A DNA stretch of 64,000 nt from Giardia intestinalis (taxonomy: Eukaryota), in assembly GCA_000002435.2 (NCBI GenBank), contig CM018792.1. One strand, given 5' to 3'. This document shows, one piece after another, positions 1-8,863 of this stretch (its first letter is position 1; every line of letters begins with the position of its first letter). The notes beneath the pieces were generated by a model that made no database searches, was not told where the DNA came from, and saw only the letters and a program-made list of their open reading frames with translations. The position numbers and the translations under genes were made by a program.

Positions 1-1
1 G

Positions 2-169
2 CTCACAATGAATCAAGGGATGACTGCTTTGATTTTTGCTATTGAAAAGGGGAACGAAGAGGCTATTAAGAAGCTCATTCCATATGAGGGCAAGATTCTT
101 GTCGGAAATGGCCACAAGCCCTCTGAGTATGCTAAGACACTCCACATAAGGAATTTGCTACCTCTGTAG
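2..169 (+). CDS. C-terminal fragment of an ankyrin-repeat protein (5' part lies upstream of the window)
   Basis: Frame 2 is open from the window start to TAG at 167-169. Translation ...TALIFAIEKGNEEAIKKLIPYEGKILVGNGHKPSEYAKTLHIRNLLPL* contains the ANK consensus (TALxxAxxxGxxExxxxLxxxE). It is below the 60-aa threshold of the ORF track. Confidence 0.45.
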   Translation, partial: LTMNQGMTALIFAIEKGNEEAIKKLIPYEGKILVGNGHKPSEYAKTLHIRNLLPL

Positions 170-268
170 AGCGATAACATGGCGCTGCTTTCTTTTATCT
201 TCTACCGCCGTGTTCTATACTGATTTGGTAGGTAGTAAACATTAAAAAGGCATATTCTAGCTCTTGCA

Positions 269-1984
269 TCAGTTGTCAATACTCTTCCCCGTTATCATAA
301 ATCTGAGATACCTATAGGCAGACCTTTTCTCAGCTTTAGACTCAGCTATCTTTTGGTGGATTTCGGCCCAGTCGGTGGCAGACAAGGAACTGGAATTGGT
401 CTTGCTTGTCATTGCGTGAAACATTTCTAACCGTCCCAGAAAGGTGTGCTCATAAATCTGTTCTATTGAAAAGAACACGGTCCCAATGGCTGTGGGTATC
501 TCTGCAATCAGCAAGGCATTTTCAATACTTGAATTATCTTGGTTCATGAGCCCTATAATAAGCACAAAAGCTAACCCGAAGACTAGCCGGGTTAGACAAA
601 CAACTGTGTTCAATATATATGTCTCTCGAAGAGTCTGGACAACGAGGACCATGTCAAGGCCCACTAGTATCACTCCAGCAATCGCAGCCTTATGCACTGC
701 TGCATCACAATAATTAAGAAGCAATGCCTGTCTTGTCTCGGTTAAGGTTGCAAACGAATCGGCCACGTTAGCAGGAAGTAACAGTCGCATAAGAAATGGG
801 GACAAAGCAAGGAAAATAAATCCTAATAGAAGTCCAATAGAGTAGACGAGAATAGTCAATCTGACTAGAACTGTCCCTGCACACTGATAAAATCTATGAA
901 AGTAATAGGTCTGCATCGAAGTATAGTAAGAAGTAGCAAAGGACCTCGATGATATCATAAAGATGTGCCGAAAAAGATAGAATACAAGCAGAGAAATCCT
1001 TTTCGTGATCGATTCATCAGAGTTTGTGTAGTACTTTGCCACAAGAGTATTGGTCGCTAAAAGCATAAGTGGCTCATATAGCGTTTTAAGATAATGTGGA
1101 ATAGAACTTAACAAGATGTGCTTATAGACCTTCCACTGCCAAGGGTATCTGTTTTGCTTAAGAAGATTTAGAGAGGTTGCTAATGGATAGTTGTAAATTG
1201 TCTTCTGGCACGTTATAAGTAACATCCAAATACTTAAAGGTATAGACACTACAATATCAGTCACAGCCGGCGCAGTAGCAAGAGTTGACATCATGTTCCC
1301 ACCCCGCTCCCGTCCAATCTTACTGCAGATGGTATAAAAGAGAAGGAGAAAGATACCCTTAAGCAGGTACCTTGTTAATATGTGTGTGAAGATAAGCACG
1401 TGCCGTTGCTCAACAATGTGAATTGCCGTCATCCCTTCATCAAATATAATACTCAACCCTCCGAGCGTCGAACAGAGTACTAAGTATTTGGTAGCGTACG
1501 AGTCATCTGAGGTGCCTACTGCACTAACGATATAACGGGACGCGGGGGCAATGGTGAGAGAAACTAGGGTGCACCAGCACACAGAGAGAATAATATAGCC
1601 AAGGAGGTATGCATTAGCAAATATGGCGTGGCCCACTTCCAGCTCCTTGTGAACAAACGATGCTGCCGATAAAGAAAAGGATATGATTGGACCCCGAATG
1701 GCTATCTGATAAATCGGGTACACAGTGGCAAGAGCAAGGAAGCCATGGAGGCCAGTGAAATAAATCATTACTACACATTCCATTACCAAGTATCCTGCAT
1801 ACGCAACATCTAATAATAGGTTTATAAAGTATCCACGCCAAATCAATCGCATTAAAGAATAACGAGGAAAGGTGGGAATAAGTGATTGTTCTGCCCCCTG
1901 CGTGTATCCTTCCTGCTTCTTATATCTATTCTCCATGTATTTGTCTAGTAGTTGAATAATCGTCATACGCGGTTTCCGAGCCAT
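269..1984 (-). CDS. polytopic integral membrane protein, function unknown (about 10-12 hydrophobic segments; MOP/flippase-like is only a guess)
   Basis: 571-aa ORF with a true ATG at 1982-1984, preceded on its strand by the AT-rich ...ATAAAATTAAAGAATG. The length of the protein is dominated by long hydrophobic stretches. No diagnostic motif recognised. Confidence 0.6.
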   Translation of the reverse strand: MARKPRMTIIQLLDKYMENRYKKQEGYTQGAEQSLIPTFPRYSLMRLIWRGYFINLLLDVAYAGYLVMECVVMIYFTGLHGFLALATVYPIYQIAIRGPIISFSLSAASFVHKELEVGHAIFANAYLLGYIILSVCWCTLVSLTIAPASRYIVSAVGTSDDSYATKYLVLCSTLGGLSIIFDEGMTAIHIVEQRHVLIFTHILTRYLLKGIFLLLFYTICSKIGRERGGNMMSTLATAPAVTDIVVSIPLSIWMLLITCQKTIYNYPLATSLNLLKQNRYPWQWKVYKHILLSSIPHYLKTLYEPLMLLATNTLVAKYYTNSDESITKRISLLVFYLFRHIFMISSRSFATSYYTSMQTYYFHRFYQCAGTVLVRLTILVYSIGLLLGFIFLALSPFLMRLLLPANVADSFATLTETRQALLLNYCDAAVHKAAIAGVILVGLDMVLVVQTLRETYILNTVVCLTRLVFGLAFVLIIGLMNQDNSSIENALLIAEIPTAIGTVFFSIEQIYEHTFLGRLEMFHAMTSKTNSSSLSATDWAEIHQKIAESKAEKRSAYRYLRFMITGKSIDN

Positions 1985-2017
1985 TCTTTAATTTTATCTC
2001 AAGACTTCCTGCTTCCG

Positions 2018-4477
2018 ATGCCCATAGACGTATCGGATTCAGATGGTTTAGGAGAATTTCTTCAGATTGAGCAGATGGTGTCAGGGGAAGACCCCGATGT
2101 GCTTCGAAAGTTCGCTAGAGACTTTGCAAAAGAATCACCCCCTCCACACAAGCTGCGGCACGATCTCACAGGGAGCTGTATAGATATTTCAGACGATACT
2201 GACTTGGACGCAAATCCATATCCATTAGATGGACTGTATACCGCAGAAGGTGCCCCGCGACAACAGCGAATTCTCACAAGACATAACCTATTATCAGAGC
2301 GCCCACAGGTCGGCGAATCTCAAAGTTATGACTTCGAAAATGGGTATTCTCCTGGACCTGATTCCAGACTTGCCCATTCAGCTTTGGGAGCAACAGTGGA
2401 GCAAGATTTTCTGGCAGACCTTGACGTCGAGGACGATATTATATCTGTTGACCCGCATATTGAGAATGATACTGATGCCAAGGCACACATGGACAACGCC
2501 GCTAAGTTCTTATCCGATAGCCATTATCAAAGTGCTCCAGACTTTGGGGAAACATATACCCATAATCGAGAAGATTTACTTAGCAATTCCTACTTCCAGG
2601 CTGTAGAGAGACAATCGGATAATTATGCAGCAGTAAAGGACCCGCACTCAAGCCATGATAATTGTGAAGAAAGTGAGGATTTAGAGTCCAAGTTTCATGC
2701 ATCCATTAGGAAAAATAGCTTAGCGGGAATTGAAACAGACCTTGCCTCTGTTGATGAAGAAGGTGTCTCCACTGGAACGGTAGTTCACCTACCTAAATTT
2801 CTTACTCTAGAATCAGTGGAGAATAGCAACACAATAGTCCGCATGAAGTCAAACTCCACTGGGATTAGTCGTTTCTTAGAGGCTGATGATGTCAGAAAGC
2901 AGTCGGAGGTCCCTGACGGGCCTGCAGATTTTAATGCAGCTCGCGACCAGAGTGCACCTACGTCTGTCCAGAGTCAACAACGACAGCAACAAATTGCTCT
3001 TCCCCCAGCCAGTGCAGATGACCGCATTGACGAACAGCTTCGATTGATGGAGAGGGAAATCAACAAGTTAACAGATATGCAAAAGGAGGTCGACGAGTCC
3101 TTGAAAAAGAACGCCGCAGAGCATACTGAACGAATGCGTAAGCTAGAGGCAGACAAGGCGGAATTTGACAGAATCAGGAAGGAGGAATGGGCAAAGATAA
3201 AGAAGGAGAAACAACAACTAGACGACCGCCGAACGGCTTTTAAAGATAAAGATAGCAAATTGAAAGAGCTTACAGCAGAATTAGAGAAGCACAAGACCAG
3301 CAATCAGAAGTTAAGGGAGGATATGCGCCGCAAAGACAACAACTCGCGGCTAACTTCAGAACAATTGCGCTCAAAAATCGACACTCTTACAGAGGAAAAT
3401 AACAATTTAAAGAAGCGGTTGGAACTGAGTGATAAGGCAGCTATTGAAATGCGCCAGAAGATTCTTAACTTGGAAAAGCTGAATAAAATGCTTCAGATTC
3501 AAGCTCGTTCTGATACTTCTGATAGAGAACCGTCTTCTAGAGCTATGAATTCCCCACCAAGACGTCAAGGTCCAGCTGCAGCTCCGCTAAATGTCCATGT
3601 GAGTGACACGGAGCAAGAGAATGACTCCATGGTCACTGTCAATAAGCCACTGAGGGCAGACATACCTAATAAAACTCTCTCTAACATAACAAGTAGTCCT
3701 GGAAGAAACCTTAGCCAGACGCTGAACCACGATTGGCGGGGCCAAATTACAAAGGGTCGGCCAATCAGCGCTGATATAGATTCCATAAGTCCTAAAAGGA
3801 ACCCTGCACACCTTAGTGCAACGGCTCGCCCGGGATCCTCGCACGTATCATTTAAGGAACAGGTATCCTCATCAATTCAACAGCCCAGACAGCCTATCGC
3901 ACTACCGAAGGCAACCGTGGGGGCGCCTTCCAGACAATCGCTTTCTATGCACGCACCAGAGAACGATGAGGTTCTCAAATTACTGCCGTACAGCACCCCG
4001 GATTTGTTCTTCCGACAATTTAACGACAGTGTCCTGGCTTACGTGAAGGATGCTCAAATACTAGAGCAGCATACAAAGAATCAACGTGTGGATAAAGTGC
4101 TTTCCACTGGCGCTACGCTTACCGAATTTGATAATGGAACAATGAAGCTACAGATACCGCACAGAGGAGAGATAAACATCAAGTTTCAAAATAATGACCT
4201 GAAGCAGCTACACAGCGATGGCAAGATAGTCTATTTTTACCATGAAAAAGGTATTCTAATGACTACAATCCCAGTGGTTCTTATAAATCCATCTGCTGCA
4301 ATCAGCAAGGACGAACGCATCAGTGTGTATAGATTCAGCTCAGGGCAGATTGAGAAGCACTATGCTGACAATCGCAAGGAGGTTTACTACCCAGATGGGT
4401 CTAAGAAGTATGTCGCAGCTGATGGATCTGAGCATTCTATTCTAGCTGACGGCACTGAGAGTCACTACACTCCTTAG
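2018..4477 (+). CDS. CPAP/SAS-4 (CENPJ)-like centriole/basal-body protein with central coiled coil and C-terminal TCP10 G-box domain
   Basis: The ORF-track start at 1952 is TTG. The first in-frame ATG is at 2018 ([10 protein letters not shown]). The C-terminus carries G-box repeats: [10 protein letters not shown] ... [42 protein letters not shown]. This closely matches the human CPAP G-box ([23 protein letters not shown]...FPDGT...). Residues about 340-520 are a K/E/R/L-rich coiled coil. Confidence 0.8.
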   Translation: [819 protein letters not shown]

Positions 4478-4489
4478 AAGTCTATTGTG

Positions 4490-5284
4490 CTACTCTATGA
4501 CTGTGTTAACTCGCTGATGACAGCGATTGCGTACTTGTACCATTTGGCTAGGCGATCGTCTGATCACACGTTCCGAATCTAGTCCATACTCTTGCGCAAA
4601 GCTGTATAGAGAGCATTCCCCAGGGAGGATTGGAGGCTTGTAGTCTTTATCATCTGATGCGTGTGCAGGGACTGGTGGGCATAGCGTGATGGCGCCCATA
4701 AATGCGACGCGTTGGTGCACTACCGAAGGACTCTGCACAAACTGCGCGACTGTCTTGTAAATAGCTGAAAGGCTGGTTGAGGTGGCATCTCTGTCAAGTG
4801 CCTTCCCTCTGAGTACCCATAAGGATGTGGTGTAGGAGATAAAGCTGTCCAGCAGGTGGCCGATCACATGCTGAAGATCTGGAAACCTGAGCTTTAGCCG
4901 CTCTCCGATGACTAACAATGAAGCAACTTGCATGTCAAGTACTTCTATTTGCTTGCAAGTAACTATCGACGGATAGGTGTCTGCTGCAGCTTCTGTGACA
5001 TCCTCCATGATGCATCGGCTTTGAACAGCCTGAACCAAACTGCTCCAAAGTGGCGCATGCTTGATCTTGGAGATGTGTGGAGCACCCTTAAGCCGTGGTT
5101 CGGAGAGAGCTACATGCAAGGTACCCTTAGCTTGCTTTCCAGTAGGGAACCAATCTGGATCATTTCCCTCCTGACGATCTTCCTTCTCTCGCTTAGCTGC
5201 TTCATCTAGAGAGTAGGTTCCATAGTATCTAAAGATCAATCTGCCAAGGAAGCTAGAAGGATCCAACTCGAAAGAGCTATCCAT
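4490..5284 (-). CDS. hypothetical protein
   Basis: The ORF-track start at 5323 is TTG. The first ATG gives MDSSFELDPSSFLGRL... (264 aa). No recognised domain. The gene fills the gap between flanking genes exactly. Confidence 0.45.
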   Translation of the reverse strand: MDSSFELDPSSFLGRLIFRYYGTYSLDEAAKREKEDRQEGNDPDWFPTGKQAKGTLHVALSEPRLKGAPHISKIKHAPLWSSLVQAVQSRCIMEDVTEAAADTYPSIVTCKQIEVLDMQVASLLVIGERLKLRFPDLQHVIGHLLDSFISYTTSLWVLRGKALDRDATSTSLSAIYKTVAQFVQSPSVVHQRVAFMGAITLCPPVPAHASDDKDYKPPILPGECSLYSFAQEYGLDSERVIRRSPSQMVQVRNRCHQRVNTVIE

Positions 5285-5325
5285 CTGATTTCTTTGGCAA
5301 AAGCACAGGGCCGCGCCCAACAAAT

Positions 5326-6546
5326 TTACTGTGATTCTCCACCTTCCCCATCAGCTAGAGGAAGAGTGTCGTAGCAGGACTGGCGAATAATTCCAACAAC
5401 TTCGGGCACTGTTATCGGCCAGGGGTGCATCTTATTCTTTCCGCTTGCAAATAGAGAAATTGCATAGTCCATTACTTCTTCCTCGTCATAAAGAGTGCGG
5501 CGACCCTCCACATCTGCGCAAATGACCTGCTCAACCATATCTTTGAACTCCTCATAACTGTCCATTTGGAATGCAGAAAGAATCTTCTCTAGCGTCTTTT
5601 CGAAGCGCTGATCGTCATGTGTCTCCGAGTGCTGCTTACATATATTCAGATACGCTATCAAGAAGATGGCACAGGCCTTCCCGTGTGGAACACCCTTGAA
5701 ATAGGTTATCTTGTACGAAAGACCGTGTGCAATGGAGGTGCCTCCAATTGTAATGGCTATACCAGCGTAGCAAGAGGCAAGCGTCATCTCATCGCGAAAC
5801 TCTGTCATCTCCGGGTCTGTTAAGTCCGTAAATGTTGTCTTCATGATCGCCGGCTTCAAGTAGAAATGCCAGCAGATCTGAAGATGCTTAAGGCTCTCAA
5901 CAGATGCTTTAACAGAGAGCTCAGTTGTTTTAACCGTAAGCATAGATTCAACTGCATGACACAGGATGTCCAGGAACATGCTAAGCGTTTGAGATGTCGG
6001 CAGATACAGTTGATAGCAAGGGTCGACCAGCGAGATCTTCGGAAATACGAGGTTAGGAATGCTGATTTTAGTTTGCTTAATGTGGTCGGTCAAAATGGCA
6101 TAGGGCGTTACTTCAGAGGCTGTGCCTGCTGCCGTGCTAATGCATATCACATCCTTTGGTGACTCAGAGATTGCCACCTTGATGCCCTCCTTGTTGACTA
6201 GATATACAGCAATGGCTTTTGCCGCATCCATAGCGGAGCCCCCTCCCAGCCCAATGACAAAGTCCACCTGCTTACCAGACACCTGTCTGGCTGCCTTTGT
6301 GACGGTCACTGTACTAGGGTTCGGCTCAACCTCATTGAAAAGATAACTTTCGATCTCGTGGCTGGCTAATATGTCCTTTAGCTTGCTCAACGAGTGGTTT
6401 GCCTGGGATGAAGTACTTCCTGTGACCACAAGAGCCTTCTTGCCTGCATACGACGCAAAGATACTTGCATGTTTCTCAAGCACGTCGCGATCGATATAAA
6501 TTGGATGCCTGATCACATCGGCAAAGGCACTCAGGTCGAGGGGCAT
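5326..6546 (-). CDS. iron-containing (group III) alcohol dehydrogenase family protein
   Basis: GGGSxxDxAK motif (IGLGGGSAMDAAKAIAVY). Metal-binding His pattern IAHGLSYKITYFKGVPHGKACAIFL. The ORF-track start at 6657 is GTG. The ATG at 6544-6546 (MPLDLSAF...) sits directly after TTTTAAAAATG and leaves about 37 aa before ALVVTG, as in FucO-type enzymes. Alternative ATG at 6652-6654 overlaps the upstream stop by 1 nt. Confidence 0.75.
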   Translation of the reverse strand: MPLDLSAFADVIRHPIYIDRDVLEKHASIFASYAGKKALVVTGSTSSQANHSLSKLKDILASHEIESYLFNEVEPNPSTVTVTKAARQVSGKQVDFVIGLGGGSAMDAAKAIAVYLVNKEGIKVAISESPKDVICISTAAGTASEVTPYAILTDHIKQTKISIPNLVFPKISLVDPCYQLYLPTSQTLSMFLDILCHAVESMLTVKTTELSVKASVESLKHLQICWHFYLKPAIMKTTFTDLTDPEMTEFRDEMTLASCYAGIAITIGGTSIAHGLSYKITYFKGVPHGKACAIFLIAYLNICKQHSETHDDQRFEKTLEKILSAFQMDSYEEFKDMVEQVICADVEGRRTLYDEEEVMDYAISLFASGKNKMHPWPITVPEVVGIIRQSCYDTLPLADGEGGESQ

Positions 6547-6554
6547 TTTTAAAA
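6547..6554 (-). promoter_or_regulatory. AT-rich initiator TTTTAAAA directly abutting the ATG of the Fe-ADH gene
   Basis: Minus strand reads AATCTAATTTTAAAAATGCCC. Short AT-rich initiators immediately upstream of ATG are the known Giardia core promoter architecture. Confidence 0.5.
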
Positions 6555-6653
6555 TTAGATTTCTCAAGGACACCGAGTCGCTTTGTTGCGACCTCATATC
6601 TGAGAGTACGGACCAGGTCCATTTACTAGGGAGCTGGTAGCTATGAAAAAACA

Positions 6654-8822
6654 TCACATTAGTCCGATTCGTGAGCTCACTATTGAAGAATTGCTAGAGA
6701 GTTTTGGAGGCATGTTCACCTTATTAGTCTTTTTCTTACATACAAACCACCAGACAAGAAACCCTATTACGCCTGCTATTGCCAATATTGCGATAGTAAC
6801 CCCTACTGCGATACCTGTTGCATTAGATCGAGACCCTGTCTCATTCTGAGGTTGGGTGCTATACTCAAGGCAATGAACAGGGCCATGTCCAGTGGACGGA
6901 GCCTTGCACTTGGTGCAGTTGGGAACCCCCATAATGAGAGAGCCACTGTCCGTTGAATCGCACTTAAAGCAGTACCTATTGTTGACAATAGCATAGGTTG
7001 ATTGACAGCTGGTACAGTAAAGATCAGAATTACAGCTCATACACCCTTCGCCGCAATGAATGCATTTCCGGGTCTGTGTGTTTCCAATGTAAGGACCAAG
7101 AGTCGCGCAATCGGATACACAGGATCCGTCGGGTGCTAGAAAGAAGTTCTCCTGACAGCGATCACACGTTGACGGATCTGTCTGGCAAAGCTCGCAATTT
7201 TTCATTGAGCATGAAGTTGAAGAGATGCAGTGAACCTGATTAAAATTGGGAACCATTCCGGTAGTACAAGCACTACATTTTAACTCAGTCGTCGTGTAAC
7301 CGCCTTTGTAACAGCGAATGCAGTTTGGTATCCCTGTAAAGGTACTGCCAGACTGGGTAGATGAGCAAGCAATGCAGTTTCCCACTGATCCTGGAACATA
7401 CTGTTCCGGGACACAGTCTGTACACTGGTTTTCTCCAGGGCCTACACAAGCCCTACAGCTGGAATGGCACTTCTCGCAGGCACCAGTAGCACTGTCTCCA
7501 TAGTAGTGATTGTCATCACTGTTCTGAGTGCTGCAGTTACTCACACACGTTTTATTATCAAGAGCAAGATAGGTGCGCATGTGGCACACAGCACACCTTG
7601 TCGTATCCGTAGTGTTGCACGTTTTGCATGCAAGGATGCTACAGTCACCCTCGGGAGGTCCAGGCGGCGTAACAGCATTGCAGTGATTATTTTGAGGAAC
7701 CGATCCATCAGAGCATTTCGTACAAGTTAATGTGGATTGCGCATATGAACACTCCACACAGTTTGCAATACCCTGTCTAGCTGTATCGCTACATGAAACG
7801 CATGCTTGCATATCACTCGCAGTAGGATTGGTGAACAGACCAGATGCTGTGCTTGTGTTACACTGCAGGCATCTGCCACCGACATCCACATCTCCAGAGC
7901 AGATGGACCTAGCCAGAGTGGAGTACCTGTGATAGCAGCCTCCATAGTGGTAAACAAACTTCTTCTCAGCACACTGTGTACACCGTCCACCACTACATGT
8001 GCACATAAGGTTAAAGTCACTACAATCACCGTCTATAATCGCTAAACCGGTGTTCTTACATTGCTTGCAGCATATAGTATCAGCTACGTGAATCTGATTG
8101 GATACTTCACAGATTTTGGGGGCATAATTTCCGTTGGCCAAAAGACACGTGGATGCAAACTGCAGAAAGCCTGCTCCACAACGGTTACAATATGTAGATC
8201 CAGACGACGTAGAATGCACACACCCCGAAAGGGCATCCTCTACGCCTCCGATGGGAACACACTTGTTGTCTATGGCTACTTTGTCTCTGTCAGCGCAGCC
8301 ATGACAGATGACCACAAAACCGCCTGTGCTGCCATCGTCTGGAATTGCCGTGCACAGGTTGCACCCGGAAGTACCATCTGACTCAAAGCATGCAATGCAA
8401 GACTGAGTTGTGGAGGATTTCTTCGGATTATCAGTATATCCATCTTGGTTGCACTGAGTACAATAACCGTCAACCAGTTGCTCATTCTCATCATCAACAA
8501 AGTCACATACTAGACTTCCAGCGCTGTCCGTGCTGATGTTGAAGCAGCTACCGTAATGGAGAAAATAACCTTTAGTACATCTAGTGCATCCTGCTGCCGA
8601 ACAAACGTTTCCTTGTGCGTCATTTGCAGATACACATCTACCGTTTATAGGAACCTTCTCTGTTGCACATTTAGAACAGTATTTGAGATCATTTATAGAG
8701 ATTGTACAAGAGCCAGACACACCACCGCAGTCACTATCAGATGTGCATCCGGCAACAATAGAGGCCTTAATAATTACTGTAACTAGAATCATGGCTAGGG
8801 ATGTGTGCAAAGAAGTCATCAT
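6654..8822 (-). CDS. high-cysteine membrane protein (HCMP; VSP-like extracellular CXXC-rich domain, TM anchor, extended cytoplasmic tail)
   Basis: 722 aa with true ATG ATG at 8817-8822 after CAAAAATTTAAAGATTAA. N-terminal signal peptide MMTSLHTSLAMILVTVIIKASIVAG. Dozens of CxxC/CxC motifs and GGCY (HYGGCYHRY). C-terminal TM IAVGVTIAILAIAGVIGFLVWWFVCKKK followed by a roughly 40-aa tail rather than CRGKA. Confidence 0.8.
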   Translation of the reverse strand: MMTSLHTSLAMILVTVIIKASIVAGCTSDSDCGGVSGSCTISINDLKYCSKCATEKVPINGRCVSANDAQGNVCSAAGCTRCTKGYFLHYGSCFNISTDSAGSLVCDFVDDENEQLVDGYCTQCNQDGYTDNPKKSSTTQSCIACFESDGTSGCNLCTAIPDDGSTGGFVVICHGCADRDKVAIDNKCVPIGGVEDALSGCVHSTSSGSTYCNRCGAGFLQFASTCLLANGNYAPKICEVSNQIHVADTICCKQCKNTGLAIIDGDCSDFNLMCTCSGGRCTQCAEKKFVYHYGGCYHRYSTLARSICSGDVDVGGRCLQCNTSTASGLFTNPTASDMQACVSCSDTARQGIANCVECSYAQSTLTCTKCSDGSVPQNNHCNAVTPPGPPEGDCSILACKTCNTTDTTRCAVCHMRTYLALDNKTCVSNCSTQNSDDNHYYGDSATGACEKCHSSCRACVGPGENQCTDCVPEQYVPGSVGNCIACSSTQSGSTFTGIPNCIRCYKGGYTTTELKCSACTTGMVPNFNQVHCISSTSCSMKNCELCQTDPSTCDRCQENFFLAPDGSCVSDCATLGPYIGNTQTRKCIHCGEGCMSCNSDLYCTSCQSTYAIVNNRYCFKCDSTDSGSLIMGVPNCTKCKAPSTGHGPVHCLEYSTQPQNETGSRSNATGIAVGVTIAILAIAGVIGFLVWWFVCKKKTNKVNMPPKLSSNSSIVSSRIGLM

Positions 8823-8863
8823 TTAATCTTTAAATTTTTGTTCCGCATGTAGAGTAGAATAGG

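Noticed and set aside
486-1841. Small ORFs 486..713 (+) and 1614..1841 (-) inside the 269..1984 membrane-protein gene.
   Set aside because: They are fully nested in, or antisense to, a long well-supported ORF. No features of their own.
1952-2017. ORF-track N-terminal extensions beginning with non-ATG codons: 1952 TTG for the CPAP-like gene, 5323 TTG, 6657 GTG, 21695 TTG, 31657 TTG, and GTG for most VSP-like units.
   Set aside because: The track labels GTG and TTG as M. The first true ATG downstream has the AT-rich initiator context in each of these cases, and for 31606 it also yields a proper signal peptide. Coordinates were therefore re-anchored, and the VSP units are described as lacking ATG.
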